Shown: positions 30,056-41,276 of the stretch, in pieces
How positions within the stretch are numbered: the stretch's first letter is position 1
Layout of the letters: every line of letters starts with the position of its first letter
Origin: Candidatus Kapaibacterium sp.
GTDB lineage: Bacteria > Bacteroidota > Ignavibacteria > Kapaibacteriales > UBA2268
Direction of reading: 5' to 3'
Assembly: GCA_963665665.1 (NCBI GenBank)
Contig: OY762428.1
Span: 4,448,001-4,512,000 of the forward strand
DNA length: 64,000 nucleotides
Position numbers and translations under genes: made by a program
Notes under the pieces: generated by a model
What the model was told of the DNA's origin: nothing
The model's database searches: none
Seen by the model: only the letters and a program-made list of their open reading frames with translations

Positions 30056-30547
30056 GAATCCCACCCCGCCATCCGGCCACCTTTGAGAAGTCTGTGATAA
30101 ATTGCAAGTTTTTTTCAAAAAATCATATAATTGTTATAATTTATGCAAAACCAATCGCATAAATACAGCTATCGAAATGTTGGAGAGATGGATAATTGGT
30201 AATTATCATGCTGAATATTTTTACTTATGAGCTTACTAAAAATATCCTTCTAAAGATATTCAAAAATTAACCAAAACATTATCCGATGCCCGGGGTGACT
30301 TGAATCCTCCTGAAACTAAAGCGGAGTTATTTGTATTTAAGTAGCCGCTTTCAATGGTAGTTATTCTTGTTTCTGTTTTATGTACCTTAGCATTGAAATA
30401 CAAAATATTTCGACATACTTACAATTAATGGAGGAAAATTTATCGATTTATAAGTTTGCTTATAAAGTTCAGGTTTCATATATTATGAATATGTGATCAA
30501 TTTTTGGCATTGATTTTTTTTTGTATTCTTCCTAACAGGCAAACTAA

Positions 30548-33500
30548 ATGAATAACTACATAAATATATTACATCTCGAAGACAATTTTTTCGATTCTGT
30601 TTTAGTTGAAGATATTTTGCAGGAGAATAATATTAAATCCAAGATAAAACTTGTTGATACTAAATATGATTTTGAAGAAAGCGTATCATTGCAAAACTAT
30701 GATGTTATTCTTGCTGATTTTAACTTGCCGTCTTATAGTGGTGTTGAAGCTTTAAAATATGTTTTAAAGGTTAGCCCGCAAACGCCTTTTATATTTGTTT
30801 CAGGAGTTTTAGGGGAAGAATCTGCAATTGAGTCAATGAAAATGGGAGCTACTGATTATGTTCTTAAAAGTGCTTTAAGAAAATTGCCAGGCGCTGTTAA
30901 AAGAGCTTTAAGAGAAGTTGTAATATTGAATGAAAAGTTAATAACTGAAAAGAAAAATCAGCATCTTACTATGGTATTGAAATCAATTAAGGAAATCAAT
31001 AAACTGATAGCAAAGGAACCCGACAATGTTGAAACAATAATGGAAAAAACTATAGAGATACTTACTGCAAACAGGGGTTACCACTATTCTTTTTTTGCCA
31101 GTTACGATTCCGGGAAAATAAAAATTTGCAAGGGAACAGGTTCAATTGGAAATATCAATGATTTTTGTGAAAAAGTTTCCGATGTAAATTCGCCTTCTTG
31201 CTGGTCGGTATCTTGTAAAACTAATGAAACTATAAAGATTCTTCCCGACAACGATATCTGTAACAAATGCTTTTTCAATAAGATTGAACCAAGAGGCGGC
31301 CGGGTAATATTAGTCAAATCTTTAAAATATAATAATAAAATTTTGGGAGTTCTTCACATTGCTATAAACAAATTTTTTGCAGAAAACCAGGAGGAGATTG
31401 AACTTTTTACAGAAATTGCTGATGACCTTGCATTTGCCTTGCATAATATTAAAATTCGAAAAGAAAAAATTCAAGCTGAAAAGTTGCTCAAACAATCGCA
31501 ACAAAACTATAAAGAACTTGTTGATAATGCTTTAGTTGGGATTTATAAATCTGATTTAGAAGGAAAAATAATATTTGCCAATGATTCAATGGCACAAATA
31601 TTAAATTGTAAATCAGTTGAAGAAGTGGTGAATTCGAAAGCAACTGAATTTTATAAGGATGAAAATATCAGAAATGAATTTCTTAAGCAATTGTTCTCGA
31701 AAAAAAGAGTCAGCAATTATGAAATTGAAGTTATTGATTCTAACAAAAATTCAAGGAATGTACTTGTTAACGCTTATGTGGATAATGGCGTAATTACCGG
31801 GATGATGAATGATATCAGCAGTCAAAAAAAAGCTGAGAATGATTTAAAAGAAAGCGAAAGAAAATTTAGAAAAATTACTGAAAATTCAGGAGATCTGATT
31901 TTTACATATAATGAGGAAGGGTTTTTATCTTATGTAAACAAATCATGCTGCGAATTGTTTGGCTTGGATAAAAAAGAAATAATCGGGAGAAATATAAAGG
32001 ATTTTATATATAAGAATGATATTGTTGAGTTTAATACACACCTGGATAATCTTAGATTAAAAGGCCGGGACATTATCAGGAATCAACTGATCAATAAAAA
32101 TGGAACATTGATGCCTGTTGAACAAAATTCAGTTATTTTACCTGACGGAATGATTTACACCAGTGCTCGTGATATAACACAGCATATCAGGATGATCGAT
32201 GAATTGAAAAAAACCAAACTGGAACTTCAATTTTTAAACCAAGATCTTGAAAAGAAAGTTCAGGAAAGAACAAAAGAAGTACAAATAGCTCTCGAAAAAA
32301 TTCAAAAGAGTGAATTATCACTTAGCCATAGTGAGAATCAGTTCAGGTCGCTGATAGAAAATTCCTTACTGGGTGTTCTGATATTTTCCATGCAAAGTCA
32401 AAAAGTAACTTATTCAAATCCGGCAATATCAAAAATTCTTGATTTTTCAGAAGATGAATTTAAAGAGAAGTCAATTATTGATATTCACCCCAAAGACAGT
32501 CTGAACATTATTAACAGGAAAGTTGATGACCTGTTCAATCATGGAAAAACATCAATTGAGAATATTCGCTGTATTAACAAAAATAAAAAAACTGTTGTGG
32601 CAGATCTTAGCCTGGTACTGGCTGATCTTTTTGGGAAGAAAGTTATATTCGGGTTTTATGTTGATGTAACCGAGAAATTAAAAAGTCAGAATGAAACTCT
32701 AAAATTGTTCCAGGCTATTGAACAAAGCCCTGCAACTGTTGTTATCACAGATAAAAACGGTATTATAACCTTTGTAAATAAGGCATTTGAAGATAGTACT
32801 GGCTATAAAGCCATTGAAGCTATAGGAAGAAACCCACGAATAATAAAATCCGGATTCCACGACAAAGAGTTTTATACTGATATGTGGAAAACGATAAAAT
32901 CAGGTAGCACCTGGAAAGGTGATTTGCTTAATAAAAGAAAAAATGGAGAGCTTTTTTGGGAACACTCACATATTTCTCCGATTTACGATATTGACGGCAA
33001 ACTTCAATATTATGTTGCTGTAAAGGAGGATATAACCGTAAAGAAGGAGCAGGAGGAAAAGCTTTTACAGGCTTATGAAGATTTAAAAATTACACACGAC
33101 GAACTTGATAATACTTATAAGGAACTAAAACGAACCCAGACTCAGTTGATCCAGTCAGAAAAAATGGTTGCCCTTGGGCAATTAATTGCCGGAATAGCCC
33201 ACGAAATAAATTCCCCGCTGGGAGCAATAAAATCTCAGAATGAAGCTTTTGTTAGGGATATTGACAACTTCATCAGCGAAATTGTTGCAATTTCTAAATT
33301 AATACCTTCAGATGTATTGAAGGAAATTAATTCTCTAACCAGTAAAAGTTCAATTTCAGAAAACAGCTATGTTTCAGCTCGAGATGAAAGACGGCTGAGA
33401 AAAGAAATTGAACTAGAACTTGAAAAAATGAATATTAAGGATTCAAGGAATATATCGCAATATTTGCTGAATTTATACCAGCCAGAGAAATTATATAAGC

Positions 33501-34114
33501 TTCATGCTGTGCTCAATCATAATGAAAGCATCAGAATATTAAAAACCGCCAGAAAGATGTCCAATCTGAAAAGAGGATCGGATATAATTCATGAATCTGT
33601 CGACAGGATAATGAAGCTGGTATTAGCCCTGAAAAGTTATTCTCATCAGGATATCGGAGATGATCCGGTTGAATATAAAATATCTGATGGTATTGAAACA
33701 ATTCTGACACTGTACCATAATAAAATAAAACATAGCATAAAAATTATAAAGAACTTTGAATACCATCTTCCAATTATTTGCTATCCGGACGAATTGAACC
33801 AGGTTTGGAACAATATTATCAGCAATGCGATTCATGCTATGAACTATAATGGAACTTTAACTATAAAAATTTCCAGAGCTGATGATATGGTAGTAGTTAG
33901 CATTAGCGATACAGGCAAGGGGATTTCCGAAGAAAACAAGAAAAAAATATTTGAGCCGTTCTTTACTGATAAGCCGTTGGGCGAAGGAACGGGATTAGGA
34001 CTTGATATTTGTAAGAAAATTATCGAAAAGCATAATGGAAAAATTGATTTTTCTTCGAAGTTAAATGAAGGATCAACTTTTTACGTATATTTGCAAAATA
34101 ATTTTGAGAAATAA
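30548..34114 (+). CDS. Hybrid sensor kinase REC-GAF-PAS(x4)-HisKA-HATPase
   Basis: LHLEDN..LADFNLP receiver; multiple PAS; LGQLIAGIAHEINSPL; DTGKG..GEGTGLGL. Confidence 0.92.
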   Translation: MNNYINILHLEDNFFDSVLVEDILQENNIKSKIKLVDTKYDFEESVSLQNYDVILADFNLPSYSGVEALKYVLKVSPQTPFIFVSGVLGEESAIESMKMGATDYVLKSALRKLPGAVKRALREVVILNEKLITEKKNQHLTMVLKSIKEINKLIAKEPDNVETIMEKTIEILTANRGYHYSFFASYDSGKIKICKGTGSIGNINDFCEKVSDVNSPSCWSVSCKTNETIKILPDNDICNKCFFNKIEPRGGRVILVKSLKYNNKILGVLHIAINKFFAENQEEIELFTEIADDLAFALHNIKIRKEKIQAEKLLKQSQQNYKELVDNALVGIYKSDLEGKIIFANDSMAQILNCKSVEEVVNSKATEFYKDENIRNEFLKQLFSKKRVSNYEIEVIDSNKNSRNVLVNAYVDNGVITGMMNDISSQKKAENDLKESERKFRKITENSGDLIFTYNEEGFLSYVNKSCCELFGLDKKEIIGRNIKDFIYKNDIVEFNTHLDNLRLKGRDIIRNQLINKNGTLMPVEQNSVILPDGMIYTSARDITQHIRMIDELKKTKLELQFLNQDLEKKVQERTKEVQIALEKIQKSELSLSHSENQFRSLIENSLLGVLIFSMQSQKVTYSNPAISKILDFSEDEFKEKSIIDIHPKDSLNIINRKVDDLFNHGKTSIENIRCINKNKKTVVADLSLVLADLFGKKVIFGFYVDVTEKLKSQNETLKLFQAIEQSPATVVITDKNGIITFVNKAFEDSTGYKAIEAIGRNPRIIKSGFHDKEFYTDMWKTIKSGSTWKGDLLNKRKNGELFWEHSHISPIYDIDGKLQYYVAVKEDITVKKEQEEKLLQAYEDLKITHDELDNTYKELKRTQTQLIQSEKMVALGQLIAGIAHEINSPLGAIKSQNEAFVRDIDNFISEIVAISKLIPSDVLKEINSLTSKSSISENSYVSARDERRLRKEIELELEKMNIKDSRNISQYLLNLYQPEKLYKLHAVLNHNESIRILKTARKMSNLKRGSDIIHESVDRIMKLVLALKSYSHQDIGDDPVEYKISDGIETILTLYHNKIKHSIKIIKNFEYHLPIICYPDELNQVWNNIISNAIHAMNYNGTLTIKISRADDMVVVSISDTGKGISEENKKKIFEPFFTDKPLGEGTGLGLDICKKIIEKHNGKIDFSSKLNEGSTFYVYLQNNFEK

Positions 34115-34118
34115 AAAT

Positions 34119-35627
34119 ATGACAAAATACGCCATAATTTGTGTTGATGATGAAAGAAATGTTCTTGAAAGTTTAAGAAATGAAATTTCTGAAGCATTTG
34201 AAGATAATTATTATGTTGAACTTGCTGAAAATGGCCCTGATGCTTTAGAACTTTTTGATGAATTGATTTCATCCGGATATAAAGTGCCGATAATTATTTC
34301 CGACTACATTATGCCCGAAATGAAGGGGGACGAACTGCTTAGAACAATTCATCAAAAGAATTCAAGGGTAATTAAAATTATGCTTACCGGGCAGGCAGAG
34401 GCTGAAGGTATTGCAAATGCCGTAAATTATGCAAACCTGTATCGTATAATAATGAAACCCTGGAATTACGATGACCTGGTATTTACCCTGAAAAGGGCTA
34501 TGAAAGACTATCTAAAAGATGACCTGATCGAAAAACAATATAAAGAATTACAAAAAAACAGGGAACTTTCTAAGGCATTAAAAAAATACAACTATCAGTT
34601 CAATACTATTTTGGAGCAAAACAGTAAACTATTTGAATTTATTGTTCCTACTTTATTATCTTTGTCAACAACCTTTGAAAAAGGCTACTTTACAAAGCAA
34701 ACTAAATTTCTTACAGAATCTTCATTGAAGATAGCTGATGAAATTGATATGGAAACTTCTGATAGAATATCTCTTGTGATATGCATAATTTTATTGAATA
34801 TGGTATCACAAAATTTTCCTGAGGATATGATCGGCCTTGATCCCAATAATATGGATATTAAAATTGCCGGAAAATTCCTTAAAATTTTTTATAACGAAAT
34901 TGATATATTAACAACTAAAGAAAGCTTAAACAGCTATGCTTTATTACTTGGAGATCTTTGGGAACATCATGATGGCACAGGCCTGCCATTCAGGAAGAGT
35001 GGTAAAGAAATATCGATAGTTCCTCAAATTATTTATCTTTTATACCTTTATCATTCAGGAGTTTACAAAATTCCGGAAGAAAAAATAGATAAAATATTTA
35101 GTAGTGAAGGTGTTTATCAAACCCCGACAGAAACAGCACAGAGGCATAGTGCCACAATAAAATATTTAATAAAAAGTTCTTCTTTTTTTGATACTGATAT
35201 TTTTTCCACGTTTCTGCGTCTTGTCAGGTCCAAAAAAATTCAAAGCCTTACTCCGGATAAGAATTTGATAAAAATTGTTTTCCAGGGTGAAGATTTCAAG
35301 GTTAACAGGTATTCCGTTGGAGAGTTCTCTTACGATGAGAATATGAAAATTGTTGTACCTGTAGAAAAGTTACTTGAAGAAGAAAGAAAAGCAAAAGAAA
35401 AAACACAAGCCGAAGCTAAAAAATCATTACAATCACAGTTATCATTGTCGGACGTAAGAGTTGGTATGATTATGGGGGATAATGTAATGACCAAATTTGG
35501 CAGAGTTGTATTGACGAGAGACACTTTGATAGAAAAAGATCATATTGATGAATTGAATAATCTGATTAGAAATGGATTGCTAAGCGACGTAGTTAAATAT
35601 AAAATATTTATTCCCAGAGAGGTTTAG
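34119..35627 (+). CDS. Response regulator with degenerate HD-GYP-like output domain
   Basis: ICVDDE..ISDYIMPEMKG receiver; WEHHDGTGLPFRKSGKEI resembles the HD-GYP loop. Confidence 0.75.
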   Translation: MTKYAIICVDDERNVLESLRNEISEAFEDNYYVELAENGPDALELFDELISSGYKVPIIISDYIMPEMKGDELLRTIHQKNSRVIKIMLTGQAEAEGIANAVNYANLYRIIMKPWNYDDLVFTLKRAMKDYLKDDLIEKQYKELQKNRELSKALKKYNYQFNTILEQNSKLFEFIVPTLLSLSTTFEKGYFTKQTKFLTESSLKIADEIDMETSDRISLVICIILLNMVSQNFPEDMIGLDPNNMDIKIAGKFLKIFYNEIDILTTKESLNSYALLLGDLWEHHDGTGLPFRKSGKEISIVPQIIYLLYLYHSGVYKIPEEKIDKIFSSEGVYQTPTETAQRHSATIKYLIKSSSFFDTDIFSTFLRLVRSKKIQSLTPDKNLIKIVFQGEDFKVNRYSVGEFSYDENMKIVVPVEKLLEEERKAKEKTQAEAKKSLQSQLSLSDVRVGMIMGDNVMTKFGRVVLTRDTLIEKDHIDELNNLIRNGLLSDVVKYKIFIPREV

Positions 35628-35631
35628 AAAA

Positions 35632-36765
35632 TTGAAAGATCAAATTGCAATATTGTGTGTTGACGATGATATACTGGTATTGAATACTATTAAATCTCTT
35701 TTAGAAGATCAGTTAAGCAGTGACTATATTATATATTCGGCTCTTGACGCTGAAGAAGCAATGGAAGTTATTGACGAAATATTAAATTTGAAATATGATT
35801 TACCTGTTGCTATTGTTGATTATATTATGCCTGGAATTAAAGGCGATAAACTTATGGAAATGATCCATGACAGAAATCCCGGCACTAAAAATATACTACT
35901 TACCGGCCAGGCTACAACAGACGGAATCCAAAATGCAGTCAACAAAGCATCGCTCTATAGATTTATATCAAAACCCTGGGATTATGATGATTTTCTAATG
36001 ACAATCAAAGAAGCAATAAAAACATATTTTTTGGAAATTGAGCTTGAAAATGAGAGGCTGGAGCTGAAGAAAGCTAATGCAGAGTTAAGGAAACTGGATC
36101 AGGCAAAAAGTTATTTTCTTGGGTTAATATCCCATGAGATTAATACTCCCCTTTTCAGTATTTCCGGCTACACTGATTTGATTAAATCTGAATTAGAAGA
36201 TAAAAATATGAAGGAATACATCGAGGATATTGACAAATCAGTAACCAGGCTGAAGCGTTTTGCAGAGTATTCACTTCTTTCAACCCGGCTAATATCCAGG
36301 AAATATGAATTATCTATAACTCCTATAACAGCAAAATCAATAATTGATGTATCTGTTGGTTTATCAACTGATAAGTTAAGCCAAAAAAGCATTAGTCTGG
36401 CAAATGATTGTAAATCTAATGAAACTATTCTTGAAATTGATGAACAACTTATTCCGTTAGCCTTGCGGATAATACTTGAAAATTCAATAAAATTTTCGGG
36501 TTCCGGCGGAATTATTAAATTATCTGATTGCCTTGATAATGCTTATTATTCTCTTACTATTTCAGATAGTGGTTCCGGATTTAATAAGCTAAGCCTGGAG
36601 CATGCATTTGATATTTTTTATACTGATGAACTGATGAATCATCAGGAAGGCCTGGGGCTTGGGTTAGCTTTGGTTAAAATTATTATGGATCAGCATTCCG
36701 GTAAAGTTGAATTGAGAAATAATGAAGAAGGCGGAGCCTCGGTAACATTGCATTTTCCTGTTTGA
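35632..36765 (+). CDS. Hybrid REC-HisKA-HATPase kinase
   Basis: LCVDDD, VDYIMPG, ISHEINTPL, ENSIKFS, DSGSG and GLGLGL; TTG start. Confidence 0.88.
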   Translation: MKDQIAILCVDDDILVLNTIKSLLEDQLSSDYIIYSALDAEEAMEVIDEILNLKYDLPVAIVDYIMPGIKGDKLMEMIHDRNPGTKNILLTGQATTDGIQNAVNKASLYRFISKPWDYDDFLMTIKEAIKTYFLEIELENERLELKKANAELRKLDQAKSYFLGLISHEINTPLFSISGYTDLIKSELEDKNMKEYIEDIDKSVTRLKRFAEYSLLSTRLISRKYELSITPITAKSIIDVSVGLSTDKLSQKSISLANDCKSNETILEIDEQLIPLALRIILENSIKFSGSGGIIKLSDCLDNAYYSLTISDSGSGFNKLSLEHAFDIFYTDELMNHQEGLGLGLALVKIIMDQHSGKVELRNNEEGGASVTLHFPV

Positions 36766-38310
36766 TTATTGATTGAATTCATTTTCAAATGGGATTGAAG
36801 CAAAGATCGTGGTGCCTTTTTCAATTTTGCTGTCAATATTGAATTTACCATTGAACTGATTTATTCTTTCTTTCATCCCAAGTATTCCGAAGGAACTTTT
36901 TGACTGTATCTCATCAGGATTGAAACCAATTCCGTCATCGATAATTATAATTTCAATCTCGATATCTCTTTTGATCAATTTTAATTCCACATGTTTTGCC
37001 CCGGCATATTTCAAAATATTGGAAAAGGACTCCTGAATAATTCTGAAAATAGCTAATGATCTTTCTTTGTCAATATTATCATCCTCACAGTTTGTTTCGA
37101 AGTAAATTTTTATTCCGGATTTTTCTTTAAATTGATCAATCAGCCATTTTACAGCTGATTCTATTGGCAAAGCTTCAAGTACCTCCGGCCTTAATTCGGT
37201 AATGATCTTCTTTAGTTTTTTTACACTATTTCGGATTGCATTTCTCATTTTCCTGATTTCTAACAGAATTTCCTCTCTGTTGATATTTTTTTCTTTTGAA
37301 AATAACTCACGTTCAAAATAAGAAAGATTCATATTGAACGCAGAAAGTGTATGCCCCATTTCGTCGTGAAGTTCCCGGGCAAGATTTCTTCTTTCATCTT
37401 CCCTTATTGTCTGTAAATGTACAGCATAGTTTCTGATCTGATCATAGGATGCTTTCAATTGATTTGAAATATTTTTATGCATAGAAATATCATGAATTAC
37501 TCCTATGAGCTTCATTATATTCCCCCCGGAATCAAAAGTAAACTCTGAATTGAAATTATAATAATTAGTATCCTTACCCATTTTTGCAGAACGAAACTCC
37601 AGGGCCCAGTTTGATTTTGTATTGTACATCTCTTTTATCTGTAACAAAACCATTAACCTGTCTTCTTTGTTTACAAATTTTAATAAGTCTCCAATATTTG
37701 TTAATTTTTGATAATCTTTAATTTTAAGCATTGATCTGAAATTTTCTGAAAATGTTAAATTCCTTTCCGAAAAATTCCAAACCATACTGCCAATATCACC
37801 AATTTCCTGTGATTTTTGGAGAATTGATTCTTTTTCAAGTAAATCATTTTCGATTTCTCTCCTTTGCTCAATCTCAATTGAAAGATCATCAAGAAGATTT
37901 AGTGTAGCACTATAATTGTCCTTAAGTTTTTTTTCAGTTTCTTTTAGCTTTGAAATATTTTTCGATTCAATTTTAACAGCCAATAGCTGTCCTGATCTGT
38001 CATAAAGGCTTTTATATGTTGAATCAAACCACAATGTTTGATTGTTTATGTATATTTCTTCTTCAAATTCAAGTACTTTGTTCGATGAAGCCGCATTCTG
38101 AATCCTGTTTAAATAAAATACTCCCATATCTTTACCAAAAACATCAATAACCGAGCGGCCCAAACAATCGGACTTTGATTTTCCAAAATATTCCAGTACT
38201 TTATCATTTAAAAATAAAATTTTACCCTCAACAGAATAAATACCTATGGCATTATCAGTTGAATTTAAAATAGAATAGTAATCAACTTTTATGTTAAAAT
38301 ATTCCCCCAT
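36766..38310 (-). CDS. PAS-PAS sensor histidine kinase (HisKA_3)
   Basis: ERRNLARELHDEMGH, FRIIQESFSNILKY, DDGIGF and FGILGMKER. Confidence 0.9.
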   Translation of the reverse strand: MGEYFNIKVDYYSILNSTDNAIGIYSVEGKILFLNDKVLEYFGKSKSDCLGRSVIDVFGKDMGVFYLNRIQNAASSNKVLEFEEEIYINNQTLWFDSTYKSLYDRSGQLLAVKIESKNISKLKETEKKLKDNYSATLNLLDDLSIEIEQRREIENDLLEKESILQKSQEIGDIGSMVWNFSERNLTFSENFRSMLKIKDYQKLTNIGDLLKFVNKEDRLMVLLQIKEMYNTKSNWALEFRSAKMGKDTNYYNFNSEFTFDSGGNIMKLIGVIHDISMHKNISNQLKASYDQIRNYAVHLQTIREDERRNLARELHDEMGHTLSAFNMNLSYFERELFSKEKNINREEILLEIRKMRNAIRNSVKKLKKIITELRPEVLEALPIESAVKWLIDQFKEKSGIKIYFETNCEDDNIDKERSLAIFRIIQESFSNILKYAGAKHVELKLIKRDIEIEIIIIDDGIGFNPDEIQSKSSFGILGMKERINQFNGKFNIDSKIEKGTTIFASIPFENEFNQ

Positions 38311-38331
38311 AATACCCTCTGCTTTCAAGAA

Positions 38332-40506
38332 TTAATCGATAGATGAAATATTATATTTTCTTTCCAAACCCAATTGTTTATTCAATTCATTGATTTCTTT
38401 TTTTAACTGTATCATACGGTTCTCTCTGCCCACCATGAATTTATTCAGCTTTTCAAGTTCATTCATTTTTTGCACCAGTTCATTTTCCATTTTCTTTTGT
38501 TCACTAATATCAATAATCATTCCTACAATTCCTACTATCTCTGCTTTATGATTAAAATACGGAGCTTTATGGAAAATTACTTCTTTCGATTCATTATAAA
38601 ATGTTTGAACTTTAGATTCATAGGTTTGCTTCAGTCTGGTATTATAAATTAACTGATCCATTTCTGAATAAACAGAGGCGTTATCCTTCGGAGAAATTTG
38701 AGCAGCATTTTTGCCAATTAGTTTGTTTCTTTCTAAACCAATAAACTCGCAAAAAGCATTATTCACAATTTGATATGCTCCATTAATGTCTTTATAAAAT
38801 ATTGGGTCTGGTATTGTATCTATCAGATTCTGGAGGAATGTATTCTTTTCTTTTATCGCTATTTCAGATAGTTTTCTTTCAGTAATATCATCAAAAACTA
38901 CGATAATTTCGGAATTAGGTAATTTAAATATTTTGCAATCCAGAAATATATCATCTTCATTCCTGAGAGAAAAGAATTGCGGCGCTCCTGTCAGCCAGCA
39001 GTTCCGTAAATTATCAAAATATTCCTGCTTTTTGAAAAAGTTCAAGGTTTTTTCAACAGATTCTCCTAAGTAGTTTTCTGCAACAGAACCAAGGATTAAG
39101 ATGGCGGAATTATTTAGCTCCTTAACTTTGTACAGTCCTATTTCATTACCGTTATTTTCAACTTCAATTATCATAACTCCACTGATAATTGCATTAACCA
39201 TTTGCCTGTATCTGGCTTCATTTTCCTTGATCACATCAAAGAATCGTGATAATTTCAAAGATATTGCCGCAATATCGCCAAACATTTTAGCAAGTTCCTG
39301 GTCATGCTCATCAAAATCAGAAACCTTATTTGCCAACCCCATTATTCCTACAACATTTTCATCAATCTCCAGTGGGGCAAACATCACATTGTGTAGCGGA
39401 ACATGGCCTTCAGGCATATATTTCTGCCACTTGCTAACAGCAAAATTATTGTCCAGTGCAACTCTCTTTTCAAAATAGGAAATACTCCTTAATCCTCTTA
39501 TCGGCATTGGTAATTCCGGGTCAACAGTGCAATTTTCCCCGCCGTCATCCAGGAAAAGAACTTCATTTTCACTGCCGTCTTTACTTAATAGTGCAATATA
39601 ACCGGCTTTTGCGCCTGTAGCCTCTTTTGCAGTATCGAAAATGATTCTTGCAGCTTTTTGAAATGATAAATTTCGCAGAACGGCCTCGGATGCTTTGAGC
39701 AGAAGTTTCTGTTCTATTTCACCCCTTTTCGACATTTCAAATGCCTTCTCAAAATCATTTTCTGCTTCCACTCTCCTGCTAATATCCCTGCCAATTGAAT
39801 GAATCTCGCTGAGAATACCATCTGTTCTTATTGCTTTATTCGACCATTCTATCCATACTTCTTCACCATTTTTATGAATCAATTGTTGGACAATTACCTG
39901 GCTATCGCTATTGTTTTCTTCAAGCGTGTTAATGATATGTTTTGAATTATCTAACCCAATAATATCAAATGAAATATCAGGGATATCATAGTTATAAAAT
40001 AATTTAAAAACCGGGTTTATAAATTTTATTTCTCCGTTTTTTTTCCATCTCAAAATAAAATCTGGAATATCATCAATCAGCACTTTATATCTTTCTTTGC
40101 TGTCTTCCAATTCCCTGAGAGTTTCTATATGCCTGAAATAAGATTCCACGCGGGATAGTAATTCAAAATTATCAACGGGTTTAAGAAGATACCCGTCTGC
40201 TCCTTCGTGAAATGCACTGCTAATATCTTCTGTCGAGGATTGTAAGGCTGTTATCAATACAACAAATATTTTATTGGTTTGGGGAGATGCTTTTAGGTGT
40301 TTCATTACATCGATACCATTTATCAGCGGCAAATTGATGTCTAAAAGAACTAAATCAGGTTTTTTTTCCTCGCATATTTCTATTGCTTTTTGTCCGTCAG
40401 TAGCAGTTAGAATATTGTATCCATTCTTTTTAAAAAGAAAAGTATAGATGTTTAGCAAATTTTTATCATCATCAACAATGAGCAATGAGAACCGGTTTTT
40501 ATCCAT
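38332..40506 (-). CDS. REC-PAS-GAF-PAS-PAS protein without an enzymatic output domain
   Basis: LIVDDD..LLDINLP receiver; GAF with MPEGHVPLHNVMFAPL; ends in coiled coil ELEKLNKFMVGRENRMIQLKKEINEL. Confidence 0.85.
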   Translation of the reverse strand: MDKNRFSLLIVDDDKNLLNIYTFLFKKNGYNILTATDGQKAIEICEEKKPDLVLLDINLPLINGIDVMKHLKASPQTNKIFVVLITALQSSTEDISSAFHEGADGYLLKPVDNFELLSRVESYFRHIETLRELEDSKERYKVLIDDIPDFILRWKKNGEIKFINPVFKLFYNYDIPDISFDIIGLDNSKHIINTLEENNSDSQVIVQQLIHKNGEEVWIEWSNKAIRTDGILSEIHSIGRDISRRVEAENDFEKAFEMSKRGEIEQKLLLKASEAVLRNLSFQKAARIIFDTAKEATGAKAGYIALLSKDGSENEVLFLDDGGENCTVDPELPMPIRGLRSISYFEKRVALDNNFAVSKWQKYMPEGHVPLHNVMFAPLEIDENVVGIMGLANKVSDFDEHDQELAKMFGDIAAISLKLSRFFDVIKENEARYRQMVNAIISGVMIIEVENNGNEIGLYKVKELNNSAILILGSVAENYLGESVEKTLNFFKKQEYFDNLRNCWLTGAPQFFSLRNEDDIFLDCKIFKLPNSEIIVVFDDITERKLSEIAIKEKNTFLQNLIDTIPDPIFYKDINGAYQIVNNAFCEFIGLERNKLIGKNAAQISPKDNASVYSEMDQLIYNTRLKQTYESKVQTFYNESKEVIFHKAPYFNHKAEIVGIVGMIIDISEQKKMENELVQKMNELEKLNKFMVGRENRMIQLKKEINELNKQLGLERKYNISSID

Positions 40507-40640
40507 GTATAACCCGTCTTAATTGTTAATTTATACACAACAAATCCAGACATAAATAGTCAAATATTTTGGAATATCAAAATTATTTTTATAGATTCTT
40601 GTAAATGATTGATTGAAATATTTTTTATTGTAATAATTAC

Positions 40641-41276
40641 ATGATAAAGCTAATAATCGGCGACGACCATTCCTTTATAAGGGAAGGCCTTAAAAGAATT
40701 GTAAATATGGAAACAAACTTTCAATTTGTTGCCGAGGCAGAAAATTCCCGTATGATACGGGAAGCAGTTGCAAAATATGAATTTGATATATTAATTCTTG
40801 ATATTAACTTTCCGGACGCAAACGGGCTTGATTTAATGAAAGACTTGCTTTTAATTTATCCGGAAATTAAAGTAATAATTTTTAGTATGCATCCTGAAGA
40901 GATTTATGCTCTCAGGGCATTGAAGTCAGGTGCCTTCGGGTATCTATCGAAGGAAACCACTGTTGAGGAATTTATTCGTGCAATAAATAAAGTTTATTCA
41001 GGGAAAAAGTATCTTAGCGACTCGATCAAAGATGACATTATCATGGATATAGATAACTATGGATCGAAAAATCTACATGATAATTTAACCAACCGGGAAT
41101 TGGAAGTTTTCTGTAATCTTGCTAAGGGCAGAACACTTAAAGAAATTGGTGAATTATTGAATATTTCGATAAGTACTGTTAACACTTATAAAAAAAGAAT
41201 CTTCGAAAAGATGAACATTTCGTCAAATTTTGAAATCCTTCAATACGCGATTTCCAATAAAATCATTCAAATCTGA
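40641..41276 (+). CDS. NarL/UvrY-family response regulator
   Basis: GDDHSFIREG, LDINFP and LTNRELEV..STVNTYKKRIFEKM. Confidence 0.92.
   Translation: MIKLIIGDDHSFIREGLKRIVNMETNFQFVAEAENSRMIREAVAKYEFDILILDINFPDANGLDLMKDLLLIYPEIKVIIFSMHPEEIYALRALKSGAFGYLSKETTVEEFIRAINKVYSGKKYLSDSIKDDIIMDIDNYGSKNLHDNLTNRELEVFCNLAKGRTLKEIGELLNISISTVNTYKKRIFEKMNISSNFEILQYAISNKIIQI

Noticed and set aside
30170-30343. Possible gene fragment upstream of the hybrid kinase
   Set aside because: Multiple stops and no recognisable motif
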